Shown here piece after piece: positions 8,865 through 18,300 of a stretch of 56,460 nucleotides of DNA. The stretch spans positions 1 through 56,460 of the forward strand of contig JBDKRC010000331.1 of assembly GCA_039683575.1 (NCBI GenBank). The letters run 5' to 3'. A program made the translations under genes and the position numbers. The stretch comes from Armatimonadia bacterium (GTDB lineage: Bacteria; Armatimonadota; Zipacnadia; Zipacnadales; UBA11051). Under the pieces are notes generated by a model. That model saw only the letters and a program-made list of their open reading frames with translations, was not told where the DNA came from and did not search any database. How positions within the stretch are numbered: position 1 is the first letter of the stretch; every line of letters begins with the position of its first letter.

Positions 8865-10631
8865 ATGCATCGGAAAGCGTTTGTGCTCGTGCTGCTGGCC
8901 GTCTTGACTGCCTGCCTTGCCTATGCCGCTCCTGCCCCTCCTCCCGCACCTCCCCCTCCCGGATACGGGCCCGGAGGCCCCAAAGGCGCCCTGTCCCCCT
9001 CCGGCATAGCCGGGACTGTCGTGAACGCCGCTGGCCAGCCACTCGCCGGCGTGACGGTCTTCAACAACGGCGATGGCCCAGTGGAGCTCAAGGCCCGAAC
9101 CGATGCGGCCGGGCGGTTCCTGCTCAAAGGCTTCGTTCTGACCCCGGGGGCGTTTGTCTTTGTGGAGCAGCCGTGCTACCACTTCTACGGCGGGTACTTC
9201 AGCCTCGGGACCAAGGACGCGAAGATCGTCCTCACTCCCGCCGATGGGCAGCGTCCGGCCGTGACGTTGCAGCCCCAGCGCGAGGATCTCGAGTATCGCC
9301 GCGAACTGGCGCAGAAGCTTGTGGACAAGGGCATGGCCCTTATCAAGAGCGATCCCAAGGACCCGAACTACCTTCTCCTCGCGTACGCGGCAATACAGCT
9401 CGACCCCACCAAAGCCCCTACACTGACCTCCGACCCGCTCAAGCGGCGCACACTCTTCCTGCTGATTGACCGCCTAAGCGACTTGGCCCCCGAGGAAGTC
9501 ATCCAGTCCACGAGCCAGTACAACCGTTGGACCGCCATGTACTACCTGCTGAAGTGGTCGCGGCGGCCGGAGGTGCGCAAGAACCCTGCGGTCGAGGCGC
9601 AGATGCTGCAGGAGGTCATCACCTTCAGCCGCGATGACGAGCCGAGAGTGTTGCAGGCACTGACTTACCGGACGGAGGCGGCAGGACGCCTGCTCGAACT
9701 TGGCTACCCCGAGGCGCGGCAGGTGCTCGACCGCGACTTGCCGCTCGTATCGAAGCTGCCGTTCAGCCTGGACGACTACGAGACGGCACGGGTGGTGATG
9801 GTCTTCGCCCAGGCGTACTACCTCGTGGACCCGGAGAAGGCACTGGCGCTGGTGAAGGGCCCGGCGAACTCACCGTACAATCTGGAAGACATGACGCGAC
9901 AGAAGCTGGGGGTGCGGCGGGCGCGGAAGGACCCCGATGAGGGGCTGAGGGTGTACCCCAGGCGGAGCGCCAACGAGCCGCAGCAACTCAGCGACATCGC
10001 AATGGCAGCGGCCATCGCCGAGACCGATCCGGCTCGCGCCGAGGCTTTTGCGCGAGAGATCGCGGATGCCCAGGTGAAGGCGCTGGCGTTGGGTGAAGTC
10101 GCGGCCGCCCTGATACCGACCGATCGGGAGCGGGCACGCAAGCTGTTTGGCGAGGCGTACCAGATGATGAGCGCCAAGTCCGCGGGGGAGCAACGCGGGT
10201 ATTTCACGCCCGGGCTGATGCTGGCCTCATTGGCGGTCATGATGCGCGATGCCGATCCCGCGATGGCCTACGAGGCGATGATGCGGGGCCTGTCCCGGCG
10301 GTCGCCGGTGGGCAGGAACCCGAACGACGAGTACATGACTTCCGTTCTGGTGCAGGCCGCGCAGAAGGTGGACGCGCCGACGGCGCGGCGGCTGCTGCGG
10401 CTGCCGGAGGACCCCAGCGCCGACCAGGTCATGGCGCTGACGAGAGACAGTTGGGCCTACCCGGGGCTGGCGGCGGATGTACTGTTGGAGGCAAGCCAGG
10501 CGGCCGGGAACGAGGGCCTCAATGCGAGCGTGTATGGCCAGATGACGATGCAATTGCTGCGGGACGAGGCCTTCCAGTGGACGTACTTCGCGGGCGACTG
10601 GACGCAGTACCTGAGTGATTCGTACGAGTGA
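8865..10631 (+). CDS. Exported protein: Pro-rich linker, carboxypeptidase-regulatory-like domain, alpha-helical solenoid C-terminus
   Basis: GGAGG RBS, signal peptide, PPPAPPPP, IAGTVVNAAGQPLAGVTV..TDAAGRF motif, then Ala/Leu-rich helical repeats. Confidence 0.8.
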   Translation: MHRKAFVLVLLAVLTACLAYAAPAPPPAPPPPGYGPGGPKGALSPSGIAGTVVNAAGQPLAGVTVFNNGDGPVELKARTDAAGRFLLKGFVLTPGAFVFVEQPCYHFYGGYFSLGTKDAKIVLTPADGQRPAVTLQPQREDLEYRRELAQKLVDKGMALIKSDPKDPNYLLLAYAAIQLDPTKAPTLTSDPLKRRTLFLLIDRLSDLAPEEVIQSTSQYNRWTAMYYLLKWSRRPEVRKNPAVEAQMLQEVITFSRDDEPRVLQALTYRTEAAGRLLELGYPEARQVLDRDLPLVSKLPFSLDDYETARVVMVFAQAYYLVDPEKALALVKGPANSPYNLEDMTRQKLGVRRARKDPDEGLRVYPRRSANEPQQLSDIAMAAAIAETDPARAEAFAREIADAQVKALALGEVAAALIPTDRERARKLFGEAYQMMSAKSAGEQRGYFTPGLMLASLAVMMRDADPAMAYEAMMRGLSRRSPVGRNPNDEYMTSVLVQAAQKVDAPTARRLLRLPEDPSADQVMALTRDSWAYPGLAADVLLEASQAAGNEGLNASVYGQMTMQLLRDEAFQWTYFAGDWTQYLSDSYE

Positions 10632-10670
10632 TGAGGCGGGGGCTGAGACGGCCGAGACGATGACAAACGC

Positions 10671-10754
10671 TGTCATCCTGAGCGGCGGACGTCCACGTCC
10701 GCAAGCGAAGAGTCTCCGCCACCGCGGGGATGCTTCACTTCGTTCAGCATGACA
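10671..10754. repeat. TGTCATCCTGAGCG...CAGCATGACA palindromic element (family E)
   Basis: Same terminal motifs as copies at 46919-46998 and 47055-47139; degenerate copy at 8683-8731. Confidence 0.8.
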
Positions 10755-10786
10755 GACTTTGGGCTCATTCAATCGGGGGTCACACA

Positions 10787-12133
10787 ATGCGCAAGTACAT
10801 CTGGCTGGCTGTACTGACGGTCTCGGCGGCGCAGGCTGCCGGGTTGCGGTTTGTGGACCAGTGGGAGCGCGATGGGCTCCCGGTGGTGCCCACAAATATC
10901 CTGAACCTCTATGCACAACCGCCGGAGAAGTTCGCATCGCTCCCGCCGGACGCCCCGGCCCAGCGGTACACCCTCTGCTGGCCCATCGGCGCGGGGCAGG
11001 CGGCCGCTGCCCCTGACAAGGACCGCTGGATGAGCTTCATGATGGACGCGGACCCCGCGCATCGGGAGTTCCTGTGGGTTGACACCAATCGCAACTGGGT
11101 CTTCGAGCCGGGCGAGAAGTACGCGCTGGGCGACCTGAAGTGGGGCGACAAGACCATTCGCGGCTTCGAGACCCCAATCGACATCGGCGGTGAGCCGGCG
11201 ACGCGCACGCTGCGGGTGTGGCTCGGGACGTTCCCCGGTACGCTGCTCGTGTCGCTCAGGGGCTACTGCGCCGGGACCGTGGAGCTAGGCGGCAGAGAGG
11301 TCGCAGCGTTGCTGGCCGATGCCGACATGGACGGCCGCTTCGCTACCCTCGGCCGGGACCTGATCTTCCTCGACCTGGACGGCAACGGCAAGTACTTCAT
11401 CGCCACCGAGCGCTACCCGCTGGCCGAGAAGCTGCGGCTGGACGGCAAGACGTACGCAATGCAGTACTCACCCAATGGTGCCAGCGTCGCCGCAACTGAG
11501 ACGTATCTCGGGCAGGGGACGGTGCGCTTTGCGCTCAAGGGTGCGGGCAACAAGCCAGTGATGGCGACGTTGCGGCGTGATGACGGTGAGGTGGTGGCGG
11601 CGGGCAAGCTGGGCGAGCCGGTGACGGTGCGTGAGGGTACATGGACCATGTTCACGCTTGCGAACCTGCGGATGCAGGAGGGCGCGCGGACGTGGTCTTA
11701 CAGCTTCAGCCGCCACTCCGGTGAGTTATCGAACCTCTCGCCGTTGGTAGTCAAGCCGGGGCAGGAGACCACGTTTGACCTGCTCGGGCCGATCAAGCTG
11801 ACCATGAACGGAGTGCAGGCCACAGCGAAGCCGGGGGATCAGGTGAATGCTCAGGTGGGCTTCACGAGCGCGACGGGAATGGACGTGCGGTCGCAAAGCA
11901 GCGGACCGAGCACGCGCGACTCCGATGAGCCGAAACTAGAACTGAAGCTACTGGACGGCAAGTTTGCAGTTAGGGCGCAGGGCCGCATGGGCTTTGGGTG
12001 AGGCGGCGGGTGCAGTGGCTCCCTGGCGTTGCCAGCGGACTTGAAGCCGGGCAAGTACCATGTAGTCGCACTGATACCGACGGGCCCCCTCGCGGGGACA
12101 CTGCGGGCGGAGACGGCGGTGGAGGTGAAGTAG
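10787..12133 (+). CDS. Exported 448-aa predicted selenoprotein with a C-terminal U-G-G-G-C motif
   Basis: Signal peptide MRKYIWLAVLTVSAAQA; DxDxDG-like Ca-binding motifs; in-frame TGA at 11999-12001 followed by 43 codons (GGGCSGSLALPADLKPGKYHVVALIPTGPLAGTLRAETAVEVK), TAG at 12131-12133, then a terminator. Confidence 0.85.
12020..12039 (+). promoter_or_regulatory. Candidate bacterial SECIS hairpin for the TGA at 11999-12001
   Basis: TCC-CTGGC-GTT-GCCAG-c-GGA; the apical loop begins with GU, 27 nt after the TGA. Confidence 0.7.
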
Positions 12134-12154
12134 AAGCAGGGGGATCGCGAATCC

Positions 12155-12190
12155 AAGAGGGGCCGCGCTTCAAGCGTCGGCCCCTCTTTT
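12155..12190 (+). terminator. Rho-independent terminator
   Basis: AAGAGGGGCCG..CGGCCCCTCTT followed by T run, 21 nt after the readthrough TAG. Confidence 0.8.
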
Positions 12191-12203
12191 GTCGTCTACC
12201 ATT

Positions 12204-14207
12204 CTACGGCAGGAAGTTGTACATCCTCATGTGGAGGAAGTTGCCTAACACACCCCAGATCGCCCCGGCGCTGAACTCCCCCAGGATCAGGCCCATGAAG
12301 AACATCGAGGCCGGGCGGAAGGCGCCCATGCCCCCGTAGCGCAATATCAGGACCTTCAGCAGCCAACTCATCAAGATCGAGGGCGCAAACAGCGCCATCG
12401 AGAAGCTCCCCGATACCGCAAATCCCGCCGGGTGCAGCGGCCACCAGGTGAAATTGGTCCGCAGCGCCGCCAACGCCACTGTCACCCCGAGACCCACGAA
12501 TACAGCGATAGTCGCATGCCAATTGGTCGTCGGCGGACTCTCGATCCACGACTGCAGCCGCGAGAAGGCCTCCTGGCCCTTGTAGGCCCAGCCCTCGCCC
12601 CCCTGGCGGAAGAACGCATCCAGCAGTATCCCCCACCCGCAGATCAGCCCCAGGGCGGTGGCGAGCGTCAGAGCAACCGCCAGCCCGCTCTGAGCCGTAT
12701 TGGTAAGGCTCGCCAACTTCATACCCTCGATCTGGTTAGGCATCGGGTGACTGCGGTGAGCGCGGTTAATGGACCAGAAGAACGAGAACATGATGAGGTT
12801 GTTGACCCCAAGACGGCGGGGTCCGGCCATCTCAGTCAGCACGGCTTCGGGACCGATCTTGTGCAGGTCATGCACCGGCGAGCCAAGCTCGGCGCGGATG
12901 CGGGCGACGGCGATTGAGATGCCCAGATAGAGCAACAGGAAGGCCAGCGCGAGCCACAGGCTCATGCCCGCGTGCAGGCAGAAGGCGACCAGCAGCCCCA
13001 ACCCCACCAGCAGCGCCCAGACAGTGAAACGGTACGAGAAGGCCTCGCGGCTGTCGTCCTCGGTGCGCTTGCCCATGGCGGCTTCGAGCGCGGCGACGAG
13101 ATGGTGGCGGCTGGAGTATAGCGAGAAGAACGCCAGCGCCAGGTAGGCGCCAAAGGACTGCTCGTCAATCCAGGGGGCGCGCGGGATGCGCCCCCAGCCG
13201 GCCGCCGCTACTGCCACGCGCACGATTTTCCAGAAGATGTAGAAGAACCACGAACTGAAGGCGAGGTCGGTGGGGATGAAGAACGCGAGACCCACGCCGA
13301 AGGGGAAGATGTTCAGCGGCGTCCAGCCGATGGAGCGCCAGGGCATGGTTTTGATGATCTGGCCGAGGTCATAGGCGGCGCTGCGCTCGCCCATGAGGTT
13401 GGGGACGCGCGGGTAGAGCAGATGCAGGCCGTTGACCGCGTCGATGAAGAAGGCTATCCCGAAGCCGATCCACATGAGCCTGCTGCTCCACAGCGGGGTC
13501 TCCGGGCGGGTCATCTCGAGCGGAAGTTGCACGATCGGGAAGCTGAGCTTGGCCTCCTCGGTCCACTGCTTCCGGAAGAGGTTGTTCAGCGCCAGCATCA
13601 CGAAGATCAGGGTGAACGAGAACCCCGACCACCAGGCAGCCGGCACCATCCATTGCCGCCAGTAGGGGGTGGCGAACAGGGGCTGGTTGCTCTCGAAGTA
13701 GGCCCACAGCGCGCGTTCATCGGTGACGGTCAGCCACGGCGGAATCTTCTGGAGGAATAGCTGCTCCCAATGGTTCTCAGGCGTGGCGTGCCAGAACGGG
13801 TGTGCCACGACCGGTATCATGGTCTGCAGCTGATCGAGGCCGCACACGGCGCTGGAGATGGCGAGCATGGCGTAGATGACCAGCAACTCGCCCTGGCGCA
13901 ACGCCCACCGCGGGGAAATGCGGCGCAGGAGGGCATTGAGCCCACAGACCAAGAGCAGCGTGACGATGACATTGAAATAGAGTGAAACGGTGGTAGGGCG
14001 GCTCTGGCCCCAGATGTAGCCCCAGAGGATGAACCAGGCATTGGGCGGGATGAGCAGCAGGCCGATGACGACCGCGCGGACGGTCACCGGAGCGGGAGCG
14101 GGAGTCGGGGAGGGTGAGGCTGCAGTGGATTGTGGTGTGGAGTGGGCGGCGATGGCCGGAGGCTCCTTTGCCTGAGTGAGCGGCATGCGGTTCGCCACCG
14201 GACACAC
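12204..14207 (-). CDS. Polytopic membrane protein, DUF6785/DUF6784-like (putative peptide transporter)
   Basis: Many hydrophobic segments; ELLVIYAML, KQWTEEAKLSFPIVQLPLEM, WWPLHPAGF and LILRYGG..FFMGLILGE motifs; GTG start after AGGAGG. Confidence 0.75.
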   Translation of the reverse strand: MCPVANRMPLTQAKEPPAIAAHSTPQSTAASPSPTPAPAPVTVRAVVIGLLLIPPNAWFILWGYIWGQSRPTTVSLYFNVIVTLLLVCGLNALLRRISPRWALRQGELLVIYAMLAISSAVCGLDQLQTMIPVVAHPFWHATPENHWEQLFLQKIPPWLTVTDERALWAYFESNQPLFATPYWRQWMVPAAWWSGFSFTLIFVMLALNNLFRKQWTEEAKLSFPIVQLPLEMTRPETPLWSSRLMWIGFGIAFFIDAVNGLHLLYPRVPNLMGERSAAYDLGQIIKTMPWRSIGWTPLNIFPFGVGLAFFIPTDLAFSSWFFYIFWKIVRVAVAAAGWGRIPRAPWIDEQSFGAYLALAFFSLYSSRHHLVAALEAAMGKRTEDDSREAFSYRFTVWALLVGLGLLVAFCLHAGMSLWLALAFLLLYLGISIAVARIRAELGSPVHDLHKIGPEAVLTEMAGPRRLGVNNLIMFSFFWSINRAHRSHPMPNQIEGMKLASLTNTAQSGLAVALTLATALGLICGWGILLDAFFRQGGEGWAYKGQEAFSRLQSWIESPPTTNWHATIAVFVGLGVTVALAALRTNFTWWPLHPAGFAVSGSFSMALFAPSILMSWLLKVLILRYGGMGAFRPASMFFMGLILGEFSAGAIWGVLGNFLHMRMYNFLP

Positions 14208-14240
14208 TCATCCCTCCTGGAGCGGGGCTACTCAAAGCGT

Positions 14241-14266
14241 CAGGGGCCGGCAGATGCCGGCCCCTG
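14241..14266. terminator. GC-rich hairpin after the LTXXQ-repeat gene
   Basis: CAGGGGCCGGCA-ga-TGCCGGCCCCTG; no clear T tract. Confidence 0.5.
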
Positions 14267-14297
14267 TGTATATGTAAACCCTCCGCTGCCGCGAGTG

Positions 14298-15272
14298 CTA
14301 CTTGGCAGGGGCGGGTTGGGCCTTGAGGAGCTCCTGGATGGCGGCGCGGATCTCTTCGCGCTTGGCACCGGCGGCCTTCATCTCCTTGACTTTGGCCTGC
14401 ACCTGCTGGCGCTGCTCGGGGGTGAGGTCCTTCATGAGACCGGCGTCGCGCTGGCCTCCGGCCTTCGGGGTTTCGATGCCCCAGCCCTTGCACAGCTCCG
14501 CGACCGCCGCGCGGATCTCCTCAGGCTTGGCGCCAGCGGCCTTCAGCTCGTCCATCTTTGCCTTGAGCTGCGTCCGCTGGTCTTCGGTGAGCTGGCCGAT
14601 CCAGTCCTGCTTCTGGCCCCGGTTCTGACGTCCCTCGCCAGCCTGCTTCCCCTCGCCGCGCTGCCCCTGCGGCATTTCGATGCCCCAGCCCTTTAGCATC
14701 TCCTGCATGGTCGCCCGGATCTCCTCCGGGGTCTTGTTGGCCTGGCGCATCTCCTTCATCTTCGCCTGCAGCTGCTCGCGCTGTTCGGGGGTAAGCTTCT
14801 CCATCAGGGCCTTGCGTCCGCCACCCTGGCCGCCCTCTCCGTGCGGCATCTCAATGCCCCACCCCTTTAGCATCTCCTGCATGGCCGCCCGGATCTCTTC
14901 GTGCGTCTTATTGGCCTGGCGCATCTCCTTCATCTTCGCCTGCAACTGCTCGCGCTGCTCGGGGGTGAGCTTCTCCATCACAGCGCGCATGCCGGCCCCA
15001 CGGCCGCCCTGGCCCTGCGGGGTCTCGATGCCCCAACCCTTCAGCATCTCCTGCACAGTTGCGCGGACTTCTTCCGGCTTGGCGCCGGCAGCCTTCAGTT
15101 CCTCCAGCTTGGTCTGCAGTTGGGTCTTCTGTTCGTCGGTGAGCTGCTGGAAGATCTTGCCCTGCTGGCCGCCTCCCCGCTGCCCCTTGCCGCCCTGTGC
15201 GAAGGCTACGACGCTGCAGGTAACCAGGGCCAGCGCGAGAAGCGCGGCTGTGATCGTGGTTCTGACATTCAT
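14298..15272 (-). CDS. Exported protein with five tandem LTxEQ (Spy/CpxP-like) helical repeats
   Basis: AAGGAG RBS, signal peptide MNVRTTIT..AFA, five LT.EQ...KGWGIE.P units (the last truncated) joined by G/Q linkers. Confidence 0.8.
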   Translation of the reverse strand: MNVRTTITAALLALALVTCSVVAFAQGGKGQRGGGQQGKIFQQLTDEQKTQLQTKLEELKAAGAKPEEVRATVQEMLKGWGIETPQGQGGRGAGMRAVMEKLTPEQREQLQAKMKEMRQANKTHEEIRAAMQEMLKGWGIEMPHGEGGQGGGRKALMEKLTPEQREQLQAKMKEMRQANKTPEEIRATMQEMLKGWGIEMPQGQRGEGKQAGEGRQNRGQKQDWIGQLTEDQRTQLKAKMDELKAAGAKPEEIRAAVAELCKGWGIETPKAGGQRDAGLMKDLTPEQRQQVQAKVKEMKAAGAKREEIRAAIQELLKAQPAPAK

Positions 15273-15341
15273 GGGATCTACTCCTTGTTGCGAATTGTGC
15301 CGCCCCCGGTGGAGCTCGATGCTGCGGCTTACGTGCATAAG

Positions 15342-15367
15342 GACGCGGCCCAGTCAGGAGTTATTCC
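15342..15367 (-). promoter_or_regulatory. Possible ECF sigma-factor promoter for the LTXXQ-repeat gene
   Basis: Minus strand GGAAT-N17-CGTC. Confidence 0.35.
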
Positions 15368-15384
15368 CATATTTCCGAGTACTC

Positions 15385-18300
15385 TCAGTTGGCCAGCGAC
15401 ACGCTCTCAATCAGGCCATCGGCATGGACGGCGTGGGGAGTATTGGCGATGGTCAGGAACTGCACCACCCGTGACCCGGTCGCGGCGGTGCGACCGAGCG
15501 GTTTGCCGGTCAGGGCATCGAGTAGCTGCACGGTGCCGGCCTTGCCGCCGATGAGGACGCGGCCGTTGTCTGCGACAGACAGAGCGCTAATGCGGTCGCC
15601 GGCGTCGGCAGTCCAGAGCTTGCTGAGTTCCAAGGCCTCATTAGTCTGTCTTACCGCGCGGTAGGCGTGGAGCAGGCCGAGGTCGGTGGCAGCGAGCAGG
15701 ATTGGGGGCTCGCCCGCTGGCTGCCAGAAGGCGAGGTGAGTGAAACAACCGGCCTTGCGGCCCGCGAATTTCTCAGCATACGGGCCGACCGCCCAGAAGC
15801 AGTGCAGATAGCTCGGGCCGCCGACTAGAAGGTTAGGCGGAGTGCCAGCGCCGCGCAGAGCCAGCAGCAGGGCGACTTGAGGGCTGTCGATGTTCAGACC
15901 GGGGTTGCGGTCGTTGTCGTAGTCGGCGGGGACGATGACCTTGCCGGTGTGGTCGAAGATGAGAGCCTTCGGATAGCTGTAGTTGAAGAGGGCGGCGATC
16001 TCCAGTTTCCCGTCGCCATCGATGTCCGCGATGTCCCCCCGCTCGAAGTTGCCGGTGATCGAGCCGCGCGTGAGGCAGAGGTACTTCTCCCACTTTAGTT
16101 GGCCTGCCCCGTCAAGACAGTGCAGCCACGCCGCGCCGACTATGACCTCAGGCTTGCCGTCAGCATCGAGGTCGGCGATGCGTAACCAGTCCACCGCCGG
16201 GGTAGGCATGCGGGTGGGCTTGCAGGTGAACGCCCAGAGTTCTTTGCCCTGCGCATCGAGGGCGCGGACCTGCCCCTCCGCCGTGCCGGTGACTACTTCC
16301 ACCTTGCCATCGGCATTGAGGTCAGCGGCGGCGATGACACCACAGGGGGAGGGCGAAGCAACGTGCCAGAGCAGCTTGGTGCCGTCATAGGCCCGGATGC
16401 CGTCGGAGGCTGCTGTCAACCACTCCGGCTCGCCGTCGCCGGTGAGGTCTGCAGTGGTGACAGCGGCGACAGCGCTGTCGAGCCTGGTTGGGGAAGTTCT
16501 CAGGCCGAAGACCTCTCCCGCCCCTGCTTTGGCTGCATTCGCGGTGTAGGCGGCGGCAAGCGCGTCGGCCTCGCTCAGTCGCTGCTGCAGGAATCGGCGA
16601 ATCAGAGCAGCGCCGTCAACCAGTGCCTGATGCCCCGCGGCAAGCTGCACGGGCTTCTCTCCCGTCACCGTAACCGTGACCGGCTGCGGACATTCCAGAC
16701 TAAGCGACCAGTCCTCCATCGACAGCGTCACCGGCCCCGTGACCTGCAGGAGGGGCTCGTCGGCCGGGCCCAGGCGCGTCAGGCCCGTCAGAAGTGCTCG
16801 TTCCCTCTCCACCACAAAGGCTGTTGTTTCGCCCGTGCCACCAGGCATTGGGCCGACGCCGCACAATGCCTTTGTCCCACCTTCCTCGATGAGGGCTGCT
16901 GCGGCCGATAGCGGCTTCAGTGTCACCTGGGGGGCAGAAGCACCAGCCTCGATGACGTTGATGAAGCTGACGAACTGGCCAGGCTCGAGATGGGCGCTCT
17001 TGTCCTGCTGGAAGATGCGGGCGATGGGCGCGCAATGCGGATAGGCGCTCTTCCACTCGTCGGGGTTGGGCATGGCGAAGTCCACGACATCGAGTCGGGC
17101 GCGGCCGTCGGACGTAATGGTGCAGGACTTGCCCGACTGCGTTAGTTTGAGAGAGGGGCCGTCGAGGCTGGCCTCACCCAGACCACGATAGCTGCAGCGC
17201 ACCACGTAATCCCCCGGCTCGCGAGCGAGTGCGCGGTCGAGGACGATGAAGCGCTTGCCGCGCTGCCAGAAGATGGTGCGTTCCCAGTCCGCGCCTGAGA
17301 AGCCCTCGAAGGTGCTGGTAGTGAGGGCGAGAGCTGGGCTTTGGGCGGCAGCACGTAGCTTTGCCTCGTGGACCTGATAGCCCACCTCACCGTTGCGGAC
17401 GATGTAGAGGCCGGAGTGGTCCTGGATCGAGCGCGTGGAGTAGGTGTGGTCAACCAGCCACATGCGGCCCTGGTCGGTGTAGTTGATGATGGTATTGACA
17501 TCATTGTGCATGTGGCCTGCGGGACCGTTTGGGTAGCCCTCGGGGGTGCCAAACTTGCCGCTCCCATCGAGCAGCAGGTACTGGGCGTCAGGTGACCAGC
17601 GGTCGCGGAAGACTGCTTTGTTGAACCATTCGCTGCCGGCACTCTCGCGCGGGTCGAAGACCGGGTTCTTTGATCCCTGGCCTTTGCGAAGGGTCTGTTT
17701 GAATATCGGGAAGACGGAGAGGCCCGTCCAGTCGGTGGGCTCCTGCTCTGGTATATCCAGGTTCACCGGGATGGCATTCGTGAAGGTTCTCAGGCCGCAG
17801 GCCTGGGGGAGTAGGTTGTGCGCGACCCACGAAAGACGAGGGTCGCGGTAGTACCATGCGGCCGGAGCAATCGCCTCGTACAAGCCCGGCTCCACAAGCG
17901 AGCCGTCGTCGCCGAAGCCCGAGGCGAGCCCGAGGTTATTGACGCAGGCCTGTGCGATGTACTCGGCGTGGCCGAGGGCAATGCCCCGCTTGAGGTACGT
18001 AAGGTCGCCCTCGGCGAAGGCATGCTCCATCGCGTCAATGGGGCAATAGCAGAGGTAGCCGCTGGCGTCTTCAAGCACCTGGTGGCTGGCGGCCTGCCCG
18101 AGGTATGTCGCGCTGGCGACCTGCATCCAGTACTTGCTCTCGGGCAGCTTGTAATAGCGGTCGAAGTACTGCCAGGCCAGGTAATCGTTCTGCGCGGCAT
18201 TGGTGCCATGGTTTTCGTCCACGACCTGCACCATGCCGTCCTTGACCATATCATGCACTGCGCGCTTCTCATGTCCCTGGCGGGCATCGGCCAGGAGCGC

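Noticed and set aside
10629-10646. TGA TGA GGC GGG GGC TGA after the 8865 gene resembles the U-G-G-G context
   Set aside because: Tandem TGAs, no convincing SECIS hairpin, and readthrough runs into a family E repeat; treated as a real stop
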